From the NCBI GenBank assembly GCA_043821365.1, contig JBDRCX010000006.1, positions 416,001-480,000 on the forward strand: a stretch of 64,000 nucleotides of DNA, given 5' to 3'. Positions 47,544 through 57,810 of this stretch are shown piece by piece. Numbering within the stretch: the first letter of the stretch is position 1; each line of letters begins with the position of its first letter. The position numbers were made by a program, and so were the translations under genes. Source of the DNA: Candidatus Micrarchaeota archaeon. Lineage in GTDB: Archaea > Micrarchaeota > Micrarchaeia > Anstonellales > Bilamarchaeaceae. The notes below the pieces were generated by a model that searched no databases, was not told the origin of the DNA, and worked only from the letters and a program-made list of their open reading frames with translations.

Positions 47544-48692
47544 ATGAAATTTAGTGAAATGAATATAGATAAGAAGATAGTGGCAGCTTTGGATGAAATT
47601 GGTTATACCGACGCCACCGAAGTACAGGAAAAAACAATTCCTCTAATTATACAAGGGGAGTCTGTTGTTGTAAGAAGTCAAACAGGAACAGGTAAAACTG
47701 CTGCATTTGGTATTGGACTAATTGATGTTATATCAAAAGACCGAACAAAAAAATGTTTAATTCTTGCACCAACAAGAGAACTTGCAATTCAGATAACAAC
47801 TGAAATACGGTCAATTGCAACCAAATATCGTATGAGTGTTTTTGCTGTTTATGGTGGTGCTGGTATGGGCCATCAAATTGCTGCATTAAGACGGGGATAT
47901 GACATTGTGGTGGCAACACCAGGTAGACTGTTGGATCATGTTCAACGGGGAACCATAAGATTATCCACAATCAATTGTGTTGTTCTTGATGAAGCAGATA
48001 GAATGCTTGATATGGGCTTCAAACCAGACATAGACAGAATACTCAAACAAATAAATCCAGATAGACAGGTCATGCTTTTTTCTGCAACTCTGGAACCTGC
48101 AATTAGGAAAATTATTCAAGATTATATCAAAACTCCTGAAATAATAGAAATCGGTCCAGTTGGGAAAGTGCAAAAAATTGATGAGGAATTCATCAAATTA
48201 AGCAGAGCAGAAAAACTCGATCGACTCAAACAAATACTTACAAGCGAACCAAACTCACGTACGATTGTTTTTGTCGCTTCAAAATGGCAGGTGGAAGCAG
48301 TTTGCCACAAATTAAATCGAGATGGAGTAAATGCAAAATATTTGCATGGTGGCAAAAGCCAAACACAAAGAGAAAGAACATTACGTGAATTTCAAGAAGG
48401 AAGATTCAGAATACTCATTGCTACTGATGTTGCAGCAAGGGGGTTGCATGTTGAAGATATTTCTCATGTGATAAATTACGATCAGGCAGATAGTGACGAG
48501 ATGCATACTCATCGTATTGGCAGAACTGGTCGTATGGGTAAAAATGGTCGTGCTATTACTTTTGTTGAAACAGATCCACTTCCAAAAAGAAGAAGTGGAT
48601 CAAATCGTGGTGGCTCAAGTCATCGCAGTCCAAGACCTGTTAGAAGCGATAATAGAAGAAACAGACCAAGAGATCGAAGACATAGAAGATAA
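47544..48692 (+). CDS. DEAD-box RNA helicase
   Basis: Q motif, TGTGKT, PTRELA, DEAD, SAT, ARGL, HRIGRTGR; basic C-terminal tail. Confidence 0.97.
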   Translation: MKFSEMNIDKKIVAALDEIGYTDATEVQEKTIPLIIQGESVVVRSQTGTGKTAAFGIGLIDVISKDRTKKCLILAPTRELAIQITTEIRSIATKYRMSVFAVYGGAGMGHQIAALRRGYDIVVATPGRLLDHVQRGTIRLSTINCVVLDEADRMLDMGFKPDIDRILKQINPDRQVMLFSATLEPAIRKIIQDYIKTPEIIEIGPVGKVQKIDEEFIKLSRAEKLDRLKQILTSEPNSRTIVFVASKWQVEAVCHKLNRDGVNAKYLHGGKSQTQRERTLREFQEGRFRILIATDVAARGLHVEDISHVINYDQADSDEMHTHRIGRTGRMGKNGRAITFVETDPLPKRRSGSNRGGSSHRSPRPVRSDNRRNRPRDRRHRR

Positions 48693-48718
48693 TTTTCGTG
48701 GAGTAAAAATAATGAAAA

Positions 48719-48888
48719 GTGGGCTTCAGATTGAACTGCGATTTGTTCAATGCAATTTACTTTTCTACGGATAATCACGAGCAAAGCGAGTGCAACAAAA
48801 AGTTTTGATCCACGTAATTGTTGCAAAGCAACAATTTGCGCCTTGAACAAGTTCAAGGCCGACTTTTTCCAAAAGTTGGGTGGGCTTC
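48719..48888. repeat. Hairpin cassette flanked by 9-bp direct repeats GTGGGCTTC
   Basis: DRs at 48719-48727 and 48880-48888; hairpins TTGAAC..GTTCAA, AATTGTTGC-AAA-GCAACAATT, GCCTTGAAC-AA-GTTCAAGGC, and CTTTTTCCAAAAG. Confidence 0.55.
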
Positions 48889-48961
48889 CGCTTAAAAGCT
48901 ACGCTTTCAAGATCGCCCATTTCTCCTAAGTCAAACTAGGTACTAACAACTAAAATAAAAT

Positions 48962-49224
48962 GAGAAATGGGCTTCCCGGTTAGCCCTGGCAAATATACAA
49001 GGAGCCACTATCATCGGCTCAATCCTGGATCTTACAAGCACGGCACAATACGCTTAGGGCTGCACCTTCCGGCCTGACCCGGTTCACATATCATCCCGCC
49101 ATATAAGGCAGGACGTCAACACTTAAGATAATGGGCATGAATACTTGACAAAACGCCCCGGGCATTTGATCCGTCTAAGAGGATTTACGGTACGGGAGCC
49201 CCTAATTCCCATCTAGCCCATCTC
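48962..49224 (-). ncRNA. ffs: Archaeal SRP (7S) RNA
   Basis: Helix 8 GGGTCAGGCC-GGAA-GGTGCAGCC; Alu helices GGGA/TCCC and CCGT/ACGG with complementary loops; terminal helix GGGCT/AGCCC (core 48969-49219). Confidence 0.92.
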
Positions 49225-49244
49225 AAATATGCTAAGAAAAGTTC

Positions 49245-49934
49245 TTAATGATGTATCAAACTAGCCAAAGCTTCCATTGCAATTCTTGTTGTTCTCACAT
49301 CCCTGTTGATTTCAACTATCATTACAAGAGTTTGTTTATCTCCGTCTGCTTTTAGTTTATCTATTGCCATCACTATACTGTCTTCAAATAAAGCATGAAC
49401 TACAATCGATCCTATGTCAAGACCTTTTTTTCCTGCATCTATAAGTTTCTGAAATGCTGTTTTCCTTACTTCTGGATCTGGATGATATTCTACAAGATCA
49501 GCAAGAGCAATACTATGTGAATCGCCATCCATTCTACCAACACTAAAACCTAACATTTCCAATGCTAATTTTTTAACGTCATTATATTTAGATGACTCAA
49601 ATGCCTCAGCAATGGCATCAAAGTCTTGGTTTGCTATTAGTATTTTCATTGCTTCAATCCTAACCTCTTTATATTTGCAACAATATGCAAGTTCAATCAA
49701 ATCTTCTTTTGATGTAATCTGTTTGAGTGCATTCATTCTTTTTTCTCTATTACTTGATTGTAATGCAGTTGCAAAATGTATTGCACTTTCTCCATAATTT
49801 AATGTTTTAGCGAATCTTCTAAAAACTTCCAATGAAAACCTCAACCTACCATCTCTAGTATGCGTTCCAAATGTTAATTTCATTGGATTGTGTACTCGTA
49901 AAACTCCCCCCATTCCAATAGGATCCCTAGACAT
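49245..49934 (-). CDS. HEAT-like helical repeat protein
   Basis: Repeats such as KYKEVRIEAMKIL, KYNDVKKLALEML, PDPEVRKTAFQKL. Confidence 0.65.
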   Translation of the reverse strand: MSRDPIGMGGVLRVHNPMKLTFGTHTRDGRLRFSLEVFRRFAKTLNYGESAIHFATALQSSNREKRMNALKQITSKEDLIELAYCCKYKEVRIEAMKILIANQDFDAIAEAFESSKYNDVKKLALEMLGFSVGRMDGDSHSIALADLVEYHPDPEVRKTAFQKLIDAGKKGLDIGSIVVHALFEDSIVMAIDKLKADGDKQTLVMIVEINRDVRTTRIAMEALASLIHH

Positions 49935-50010
49935 AACATATCACTTTGACATAATATGTTAATAATTATAACATTCTTTTTTAAATATAACGTTCAACTT
50001 TCTACAACAA

Positions 50011-50574
50011 TTAGATTGCATATCTTACTCGTTTTTCAATATTTTTAACTCTAACTAAAACTTCTTTTGCGTTGGAATAATTCGTGTATCCTTCCAAAAA
50101 CGCATCCTTTTCCTTTATTGTTTTTAACATAGTAAAAACATCTACTGCTTTGTCTTCAACATCACCCGAAACAAACCCGAGTCCAAAATCAATCACATAA
50201 AAGGAACCTACGGTTCCTTTTGAACCTCCCTTTTTTATAAGATTTGCTGGCGTATAATCGCCATGGATGATATCTGCTTGGTGAAGCCTAGCCAAAATCA
50301 CCCCTGCTTCTACTGCTTCTTCTTTATTCATTTTTGGTCTGGCACCCTCAACAAAACTCATGGTTATTTCAAATTCATTAACTTCAAGAACAGTTGGACA
50401 ATTCACCCCAGCTAGTTTAGCTTTGTTAAGCAATTTAGCTTCGCTTCGTGTTCTTTCGATTCTAAGTTTTCTATCTAATTCTCTAACTCTGTAGTTTTTT
50501 GGAATCCTACTTTTCAATACTGCTTCTTTCTCAATGATTTTTATTCTACTAACTTTAGCTTCTGCTCCTCTCAT
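50011..50574 (-). CDS. bud32: KEOPS kinase Bud32
   Basis: MRGAEA, RTRSEAKLL, HGDYTPAN, IDFGL. Start moved to the ATGA overlap with the upstream gene. Confidence 0.93.
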   Translation of the reverse strand: MRGAEAKVSRIKIIEKEAVLKSRIPKNYRVRELDRKLRIERTRSEAKLLNKAKLAGVNCPTVLEVNEFEITMSFVEGARPKMNKEEAVEAGVILARLHQADIIHGDYTPANLIKKGGSKGTVGSFYVIDFGLGFVSGDVEDKAVDVFTMLKTIKEKDAFLEGYTNYSNAKEVLVRVKNIEKRVRYAI

Positions 50575-51305
50575 TTTCTCACTCTGAATAAAAACCAGGA
50601 CAAAACCATAAGCAGAAGAAGCATTATTCCCCAACCAATGACAATTCCAGGCTGAATCAATATGCTACCAAGAACCAAGAGCACAATGACAAAACCAAAC
50701 CAAATCCCTTTATTCCACCACATCACTTTGCTGCCATCCAGTGGAAATGCTGGAATCATGTTGAATAAAGCAAGCATAAGGTTTATTGCTGCACCAAACT
50801 GCCAAACACTAAGTGCACCATAAACTATTCCAAAACCATGGAAACTATCTCCCCATGGTGCAAGAAAACTATAATACTGGGTTATTGGTGCGATTCTTTG
50901 CAAAACAACAAATATTATCAAAAGAAATATGTTAACAACAGGACCTGCTAAAGATATTATTCCATTTTCTTTTTTTGTTATTCTATTTGCATAAATATAT
51001 ACTGCACCTGGAGCTGCAAATAATATCCCAAAGACAGATGTAATAAGCATAAATACCAGTCCCTGTACCCACATCTGGAACTGGGCCCTTGCCCCATAAT
51101 GTATTGCAACAAGTTTATGTCCCATTTCATGGAGTATAAATCCACTTCCCATGGTCACTAAGATAGGCAGTAAAAATAATAGAAATTCTTTTGGATATGC
51201 TATTGCACCATCCAACCCTGCAAAAACAATCGCAAGCGCTAATGTTATTGCAAGTACGCTTATTACCACTTGGATTGCTTCGTTTTTACTAATGAGACTT
51301 TGCAT
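50571..51305 (-). CDS. Site-2 protease (M50 family)
   Basis: HEMGH, SLAGP, NMIPAFPLDG; multiple TM helices. Confidence 0.93.
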   Translation of the reverse strand: MQSLISKNEAIQVVISVLAITLALAIVFAGLDGAIAYPKEFLLFLLPILVTMGSGFILHEMGHKLVAIHYGARAQFQMWVQGLVFMLITSVFGILFAAPGAVYIYANRITKKENGIISLAGPVVNIFLLIIFVVLQRIAPITQYYSFLAPWGDSFHGFGIVYGALSVWQFGAAINLMLALFNMIPAFPLDGSKVMWWNKGIWFGFVIVLLVLGSILIQPGIVIGWGIMLLLLMVLSWFLFRVRK

Positions 51306-51307
51306 TT

Positions 51308-51742
51308 TTATTCCACCAATTTTTCTTCGTAAACAAGGCGTATTTTTGCAGGACCTATCAGTCCTATATAACTTTCTACAATACCAACAACCTCATTCCC
51401 ATTATCAAGTATTATTTTTACCTGTTCATTTTTTCTGGCTGCAGCTGCAGCTCTTCCAATTCTTCCCAATATGCTTGGTAGTCCTGCATTGCTAACAACG
51501 GAAACAGTATCACCTGCTTTAACTCCTCTAATCTCAGGATATACTGCAGCTATCCCTATTGATAATACTGTACCAAAAGCCACCATTTTTAAAGCACCAA
51601 TAATTGTTGCTTCTGGAGTTAGTGCAAAAATTAGCAACGTGGTGCATATGGTAACTAACATCAATTTTAGGAAAATTCCAATTCTTATTTTCTCACCTAT
51701 ACATTGTTGTTGCAGAAGTTTTGAATTTCTGAACACTTTCAA
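51308..51742 (-). CDS. Membrane protein with C-terminal OB-like (NfeD-like) domain; start uncertain
   Basis: Two TM helices then a beta-rich domain. Confidence 0.55.
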   Translation of the reverse strand: MKVFRNSKLLQQQCIGEKIRIGIFLKLMLVTICTTLLIFALTPEATIIGALKMVAFGTVLSIGIAAVYPEIRGVKAGDTVSVVSNAGLPSILGRIGRAAAAARKNEQVKIILDNGNEVVGIVESYIGLIGPAKIRLVYEEKLVE

Positions 51743-53840
51743 TATCTTCCTTCTTTATACTTGGGAATATTGTTTTGAATGAATGCTCAAAATGCCTTGC
51801 TGCCACTTTCTTTGTTCCTTCACGGATGGCCACCATCCCCGCTTCTCTTGTAAGATTCTCCACATCTGCTCCCGTATATCCATCAGTAAGCTTTGCAAGA
51901 TCTTTAAGACTAACGTCCTTATCTAATGGCATCTTTGCTGTACAAATCTTAAATATTTCCAATCTTGCTGGTTCGTCGGGTGGAACAATTTCAACTAATC
52001 TGTCAAATCTTCCAGCCCTTAATAATGCAGGATCAAGCATATCTGGTCTATTTGTTGCTGCAATAACAACAACATTTTTCAGACTTCTCAATCCATCCAT
52101 TTCAGTTAGGAGTGTGTCTACTATCCTTTCAGTTACCATCACTCCGGATTCTCCACTTCCTGTTCTTCTTACTGCAATTGCATCTATCTCATCAATAAAA
52201 AGAATACATGGTGCTGCCATTCTTGCTTTTTTGAAAATTTCCCTTACTGTTTTTTCTGATTCACCAACATACTTTGTCAATACTTGTGCGCCGCTTATTG
52301 AAATGAAATTAGCTTCACTTTCATTTGCAACTGCTTTTGCAAGCATTGTTTTTCCTGTTCCAGGAGGCCCCCATAAAAGTATCCCTTTTACTGGGCGTAT
52401 CCCCATCTTCTCAAAGACTTCTGGTTTTTTCAAAGGAAGTTCAACTGCTTCCTGTATCTCTCTCTTTATTTGAATTAATCCACCAATATCATTCCATTTT
52501 ATGTTTGGTTTTTCAACATAAACTTCTCTCAAGGCTGATGGTTGGATCTCATGCATTGCATTGAGAAAATCTTCTCTTGTTACAAGTAGGGTTTCAAGTA
52601 CCTCTGGGGATAATGTTTCATCCTCTATATTTATGAGTGGCAATACTCTCCTAAGTGCCTTAATGGCTGCCTCTTTCGTAAGTAGCGATAAATCCGCACC
52701 CGTATATCCATGAGTAACATTTGCTATTTCTTTTAATCTTACATTCTTATCAAGAGGCATTGTTCTTGTATGTATTGTTATGATCTCTCCTCTTCCAATT
52801 TTATCAGGTACACCTATCTCAATTTCTCTATCAAATCTTCCTGGCCTTCTTAATGCAGGATCAATGGAATCTGGCCTATTTGTTGCTGCAATAACTATGA
52901 CTTCTCCCCTTGCCTTTAACCCATCCATTATGGTAAGTAGTTGCGAAACCATTCTTTTTTCAACTTCACCAGTAACTTCTTCACGTTTGGGTGCAATTGC
53001 ATCTATCTCATCAATGAAAATAATTGATGGTGAACTTTCCTGGGCCTCTGCAAATAATTTTCTCAACCTTTCTTCGCTTTCTCCAACATATTTACTTATA
53101 ATCTCCGGTCCTCCAACATAAAAGAAATTAGCATCAGATTCATTTGTAACGGCCTTTGCCAAAAGTGTTTTTCCTGTTCCTGGAGCTCCATAAAGAAGAA
53201 TTCCTTTTGGCGGATCAATGCCAAGCCTTTCAAATAATTCAGGATGTCGAAGAGGAAGTTCAATCATCTCCCTTACTTTTTGTATGGTATCCTTCATACC
53301 ACCTACATCATCATAAGTTATATTTGGGACATTTTTCACTTCTTTCATTGGTTCTTTGTTTATTTTTACTTCTGTATCCTCACTCACCATAACTGGTCCC
53401 TGCGGAAATACCTGGGCCACTATAAGTGGTATTGAGGTGCCAAAGATACCAACTGGAAGTAAATTTCCTTTCAAAAGTGCTTTACCAATAAGTCTTTTTT
53501 TCACATATTGATCAAAGCCAACAGAATACCTTACTGGTTCCTGTGGTGCAAGGACAATTTTTTTTGCAACTTTTGTCTGGATGGTGTCTAATCTTACTTT
53601 TTCTCCAAGTCCAACTCCAACATTTTGGCGTAGGATACCATCCATTCTTATCATGTCTAATCCTTCATCATCTGGGTGGGCCTGCCAAACAATGGCTAAA
53701 GCTGATTTCTTCCCTGAAAGTTTTATTATGTCTCCTGTGGAAACACCCAACTCTTTCTTTGCTTTTGAATCAATTCTGGCTATGCCTCTACCAATATCAT
53801 TTTGAAAAGCTTCAGCTACTTTAAGCATAACTCCTGCCAT
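51693..53840 (-). CDS. cdc48: Cdc48/VCP AAA+ ATPase
   Basis: N-domain plus two AAA modules ([13 protein letters not shown] and [13 protein letters not shown]). Confidence 0.97.
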   Translation of the reverse strand: MAGVMLKVAEAFQNDIGRGIARIDSKAKKELGVSTGDIIKLSGKKSALAIVWQAHPDDEGLDMIRMDGILRQNVGVGLGEKVRLDTIQTKVAKKIVLAPQEPVRYSVGFDQYVKKRLIGKALLKGNLLPVGIFGTSIPLIVAQVFPQGPVMVSEDTEVKINKEPMKEVKNVPNITYDDVGGMKDTIQKVREMIELPLRHPELFERLGIDPPKGILLYGAPGTGKTLLAKAVTNESDANFFYVGGPEIISKYVGESEERLRKLFAEAQESSPSIIFIDEIDAIAPKREEVTGEVEKRMVSQLLTIMDGLKARGEVIVIAATNRPDSIDPALRRPGRFDREIEIGVPDKIGRGEIITIHTRTMPLDKNVRLKEIANVTHGYTGADLSLLTKEAAIKALRRVLPLINIEDETLSPEVLETLLVTREDFLNAMHEIQPSALREVYVEKPNIKWNDIGGLIQIKREIQEAVELPLKKPEVFEKMGIRPVKGILLWGPPGTGKTMLAKAVANESEANFISISGAQVLTKYVGESEKTVREIFKKARMAAPCILFIDEIDAIAVRRTGSGESGVMVTERIVDTLLTEMDGLRSLKNVVVIAATNRPDMLDPALLRAGRFDRLVEIVPPDEPARLEIFKICTAKMPLDKDVSLKDLAKLTDGYTGADVENLTREAGMVAIREGTKKVAARHFEHSFKTIFPSIKKEDIESVQKFKTSATTMYR

Positions 53841-53843
53841 ATT

Positions 53844-54812
53844 TTACACCCTGGTGATCTTTCCATCCACTTCTTTTATCGCAACTTTACTATTTAATAA
53901 CAATTCTTTTTTAAGGTCGATAATTGTTGAAAGGTCAATATCATCTGCAATTTCAACATTAAAAAATCTTAATGCATTTTCCCTATTGAGAATTTTCTCT
54001 TCTTCTCCTATTTTCACAACTAAATTGCCATCATCCTGTTTGATTTCTTTTATCTCACCAATTGTCATATTTTTTAATCTACGTAAAAGTATGCGTGTGC
54101 TCTCATCAATTCTAACATTTCCATTCATTATCATGGCATTTTCTATAATTATCTCATCCTTTGGCTCAATCTTTTTTGCCCTATCCATACCGCCAAAAAT
54201 CACACACCTTCTCTCTGTTTTGCCATCTGAAATGAAAAAAGAAAATCCATCTGTAGTCCTTCCGTCAGCTACGAATTTGTCATAACCTTCTATGCTGCTT
54301 ATCATACCTCTTAGATGTGCATATTCCCCTTCATCAAGTTCAGAAAGTTCAGAGAATTCTGCTTTATTCAGAATCTTGATTTTTCCACTATAACCAAAAT
54401 GTAATTCGCCATTTCTTTCATATACTCCAGTAACTTTAATCTCATCATTAACTCTGATCTCTTTTGACAGTTCAATATCATCATTCCATAGTATCAGTGG
54501 TTTTGTTGCTGTTTTGTCATCAACTTCAATTACTCTTGATTTCTTTCCAGATGAATATTCTGCAATTGGCCAAATTTTCTTTATTCTAGCATTGAAACCT
54601 ATTCTTTTCTCTCCTTTTGGTATATCTGCTAATTTGTAGAACTTTTCTTCGTTTTTTAGCAAACCATTCTCCTTTGCAATTAGCCTTACGGCCACTTCAC
54701 GAGTTAACAGTCCATGAAATGATTTTATCTTTTCTTCTATAAGCTCCTCAAGTTTTTGTTCAGTCATTGATTTGCGGAGCTCGTCTTCCAAATCCATGAA
54801 AGGTATTCTCAA
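53844..54812 (-). CDS. OB-fold replication protein A-like ssDNA-binding protein
   Basis: IEEKIKSFHGLL N-terminus; two OB folds (LILWND, ISDGK...VIFG). Confidence 0.8.
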   Translation of the reverse strand: MRIPFMDLEDELRKSMTEQKLEELIEEKIKSFHGLLTREVAVRLIAKENGLLKNEEKFYKLADIPKGEKRIGFNARIKKIWPIAEYSSGKKSRVIEVDDKTATKPLILWNDDIELSKEIRVNDEIKVTGVYERNGELHFGYSGKIKILNKAEFSELSELDEGEYAHLRGMISSIEGYDKFVADGRTTDGFSFFISDGKTERRCVIFGGMDRAKKIEPKDEIIIENAMIMNGNVRIDESTRILLRRLKNMTIGEIKEIKQDDGNLVVKIGEEEKILNRENALRFFNVEIADDIDLSTIIDLKKELLLNSKVAIKEVDGKITRV

Positions 54813-54849
54813 GTAAGCGATTTAAACCACATAGTTTCATAAGCTAATC

Positions 54850-55353
54850 ATGAAGAAAACAATCCATGTTCTGTTAACCGGAGGAACCATAGATTCATAT
54901 TTCAACCCGGCAAAAGATGGTACGGATATTGGTCGAAAAGCTTTTACGCCAGATTATTTAACTAAATTGAAGTTACATCTTAATTTCGAATACAAATATT
55001 TATTTCTCAAAGATAGTAGGGATATCCGTTACAAGGATAGGCAGGGACTTCTTAAGGCAGTACAAGATTCTCCACATGATTTGATACTCATAACCCATGG
55101 CACATTCACTATGCCAGATACTGGTCAATATCTTAAGGATAATCTCAAAGGAAGTAACAAAACCATCGTATTGACTGGTTCAATGATACCTCTAAAAGGA
55201 TTTGACTTTTCTGATGCAGCATTTAATCTTGGTTATGCAATTGCAAATCTTCAAATCCTTTCACCTGGTGTCTATATCTGTATGAATGGAAAAGTCTTTG
55301 ATCCAGAAAAAGTCGATAAAAATAAACTAAAGGCACGATTTGAGGAAATTTAA
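54850..55353 (+). CDS. Short asparaginase-family protein (N-terminal domain only)
   Basis: TGGTID, KDS, THGTFT, LTGS, DAAFNLG. Confidence 0.88.
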   Translation: MKKTIHVLLTGGTIDSYFNPAKDGTDIGRKAFTPDYLTKLKLHLNFEYKYLFLKDSRDIRYKDRQGLLKAVQDSPHDLILITHGTFTMPDTGQYLKDNLKGSNKTIVLTGSMIPLKGFDFSDAAFNLGYAIANLQILSPGVYICMNGKVFDPEKVDKNKLKARFEEI

Positions 55354-56349
55354 ATGCACAGAATGACTAATTTTGAGTATTCATTTTTGGTTGATGAACT
55401 CTCCATACTTACTGGCAAGCATTTTGATAGAATAAGGAAATTAGACGATGGTATCTACAGAATTAAGATCTCAAATCACGAAATTCTATGCGAATTAGGT
55501 ACAAGAATTCATTTTACAAATTATATTGAAAAATCAGAACAAACAGACAAATTCACCGAGAAAGTTGCAAAAGAACTTGACAATGCAAAACTCAAAGAAA
55601 TAAAACAAATAAACAAGGACCGCATTGTTATGTTTGATTTTGACAAGGGCCAGCTTATTTTCGAAATGTTTGGCGAAGGAAATGCCATTCTTGTTAACAA
55701 TAACATAACAGTAACTGCAGTTAGATATGAATCATGGTCAGGTCGTGAAATAAAACCTGGATTGCCATATCTCCCACCAAAAAATATCCCTTCTGAAAAA
55801 CTTGAATTATCCGAAAGATATGTTATTGTATCACTGATGAAACTCCCAATGGGAAAAGACTATGTTATTGAAGCTTTAACAAGAGCAAAAATCAATGAGA
55901 AAACAAGCGGTATTTCTTTGACTACAAATGAAAAAACCAATCTTGAAAAAGAACTGAAAAAAATCTATGCAGAAACATCTCCAATTGTTTTCTATGATGA
56001 TGAAAAAGTAGTTGATTTTGGTTTAATCAATCTTTCCAAATACCAAACTTCTTCTAATAAAAAATTCAAGACATTAAGTGAAGCGGCAGATGAATATTAT
56101 TCAAAAGTTGAAAAATCAAATCCAAAACTCGAAAAACTTATTTCAAGACTTGAAAAACAACAAGAACGTCTCGAAGACCTAATCCAAGAAGAAAAGAATT
56201 TCAAGGAAAACGGGGATCTTGTTTATGCTAAATATCAGAGTATTGAAACTTTGATAAATCTAGCTAAAGAAGGAAAATTCGAAGAATTAGAGATAAGATA
56301 TAAAGCTAAAATAGATAAAAAAGAGAAAAGTTTGGAAGTTGATCTTTAA
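55354..56349 (+). CDS. rqcH: NFACT/Rqc2-family protein, N-terminal part only (331 aa)
   Basis: DRIVMFDF, FEMFGEGNAIL, REIKPG..Y.PP, LSEAADEYY, short coiled coil; no C-terminal NFACT-R domain. Confidence 0.8.
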   Translation: MHRMTNFEYSFLVDELSILTGKHFDRIRKLDDGIYRIKISNHEILCELGTRIHFTNYIEKSEQTDKFTEKVAKELDNAKLKEIKQINKDRIVMFDFDKGQLIFEMFGEGNAILVNNNITVTAVRYESWSGREIKPGLPYLPPKNIPSEKLELSERYVIVSLMKLPMGKDYVIEALTRAKINEKTSGISLTTNEKTNLEKELKKIYAETSPIVFYDDEKVVDFGLINLSKYQTSSNKKFKTLSEAADEYYSKVEKSNPKLEKLISRLEKQQERLEDLIQEEKNFKENGDLVYAKYQSIETLINLAKEGKFEELEIRYKAKIDKKEKSLEVDL

Positions 56350-56759
56350 TATTCCGATTCATTTGTAATCAGATAATCCTTCAAAATAGCTACGGCTCTT
56401 TTATGCTTATCAACTGTAAGTGCAACTATTAAGTGGACATTGTCTTTTGTAAGTACGGTGCTTGTCTTTACTCCAACTCCTTCTTTTGTTAAATTATCTG
56501 TGAATTTTTTTAGTTCACCTGGTTTTTCACTGATCTTTATCACTATTGCTTCTGGATCTTCTACCTTGTATCCAGCTGCCTCTATCACTTGCTTTCCTCT
56601 TGCAACATCATTAAGTCCGATTGTAATTACTGCTTTTGCTGAGATTACATCAACATTTATTGCTTCTATATTGATTTTTGATTTTGCTAATACATATGAA
56701 ATGTCGGCCAGAAGTCCAACTTTATCATCCGCAACTATTGTAACACTTTTCACGTCCAC
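56346..56759 (-). CDS. Tandem ACT-domain protein
   Basis: DDKVGLLADIS...INIE and EKPGELKKF. Confidence 0.85.
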   Translation of the reverse strand: MDVKSVTIVADDKVGLLADISYVLAKSKINIEAINVDVISAKAVITIGLNDVARGKQVIEAAGYKVEDPEAIVIKISEKPGELKKFTDNLTKEGVGVKTSTVLTKDNVHLIVALTVDKHKRAVAILKDYLITNESEY

Positions 56760-56763
56760 ACCT

Positions 56764-57069
56764 CTAGATCTTATAAATTTGAATATATGGTATATTGTTT
56801 ATATACATAACGTCTTTTTTGTTTACTAATTTCATCGCAACTGCAACTTCAACTGCTTTTTTCCCAACTAAATTTACTGAGGTAAAAGTTAGTAATTCTG
56901 ATCTCAGTTGCTCTTCTTTTACTCTTTCTCCAACATAAAATCCACGATACTTATCAAGATCCATATGAGTATTCTCATCTTCTAAAACTCTACCAATAAT
57001 ATCTGAATCGCATGCTGCAACTATCTTACCTTGATTATTTTTGTGGATTTTTAAGTAAAGACTCATCAA
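56764..57069 (-). CDS. DUF424-family protein
   Basis: IVAACD.DIIG, FYVGE, NLVGKKAV, IPYIQI. Confidence 0.85.
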   Translation of the reverse strand: MMSLYLKIHKNNQGKIVAACDSDIIGRVLEDENTHMDLDKYRGFYVGERVKEEQLRSELLTFTSVNLVGKKAVEVAVAMKLVNKKDVMYINNIPYIQIYKI

Positions 57070-57111
57070 GCAGATTACTCACTACTGATTTTAATTTCTA
57101 TCTAACAGAAA

Positions 57112-57738
57112 TTATTTCTTCGTTGAAATACTCAGTAATATTGCGAACATTCCACTTCCGGCTAATACAAAAAAGAAATTTGCTATTTTCAACTTAAAGA
57201 AACTCTCATCAACTATTCTTCTTGTTTCTGATAGGCTTCCGCGTTGTGAAACTACTTGGTTGTATAATCTATTCACACTCGATTTTAGTTTTTCAATCTC
57301 TCCAGTTTGTTCTTCCATCTCACTTACCCCTTCTTCCATCTCAACCATTGCTTCACGGATCAAATCAATTGATTGTCTCATATTCCCCATCTGCAATTGT
57401 ATAACTTGTCCAAATATCCCCATCTTGCTAATGGCATTTGTAACTCCCTCTGTTCCATTTGCAGCTAATCCTGCTGCATGTCCTACTTTTTCAAAAGCAT
57501 CCTTGAATTTATAGAAAGTGGCATTCGCACTATCTATTTCGTTATTTACAATAAGCAATGAAGCTTCTGCTTCTTGAAGATCGCCATCAAGATCATCAAT
57601 GTTCATCAATATTGCTGTTTTAGTTTGGTCTATGCTATCATTTACTAAAAACCCTGCAAGTAGGATCAGTATTATTCCTGCCTGCACAATTTTGAGCGTG
57701 TTCTTTTTTATCTCACTTAAATAGTCCATTTTCAGCAT
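57112..57738 (-). CDS. Membrane protein with two terminal TM helices and a coiled coil
   Basis: Hydrophobic segments at both ends; heptad-rich middle. Confidence 0.7.
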   Translation of the reverse strand: MLKMDYLSEIKKNTLKIVQAGIILILLAGFLVNDSIDQTKTAILMNIDDLDGDLQEAEASLLIVNNEIDSANATFYKFKDAFEKVGHAAGLAANGTEGVTNAISKMGIFGQVIQLQMGNMRQSIDLIREAMVEMEEGVSEMEEQTGEIEKLKSSVNRLYNQVVSQRGSLSETRRIVDESFFKLKIANFFFVLAGSGMFAILLSISTKK

Positions 57739-57810
57739 TCTCCATCTTAATTAAAAAACATGTGCCATGTTTTGTAATTTTTCTTATGCGACTAGAATTT
57801 AAAATGTTGA

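Noticed and set aside
48493-48856. Short ORFs 48493-48774 (+) and 48620-48856 (-)
   Set aside because: They overlap the helicase tail and the palindromic cassette, with no protein-like signal.
51693-53840. Intein in Cdc48
   Set aside because: Normal length with contiguous AAA motifs; no insertion.
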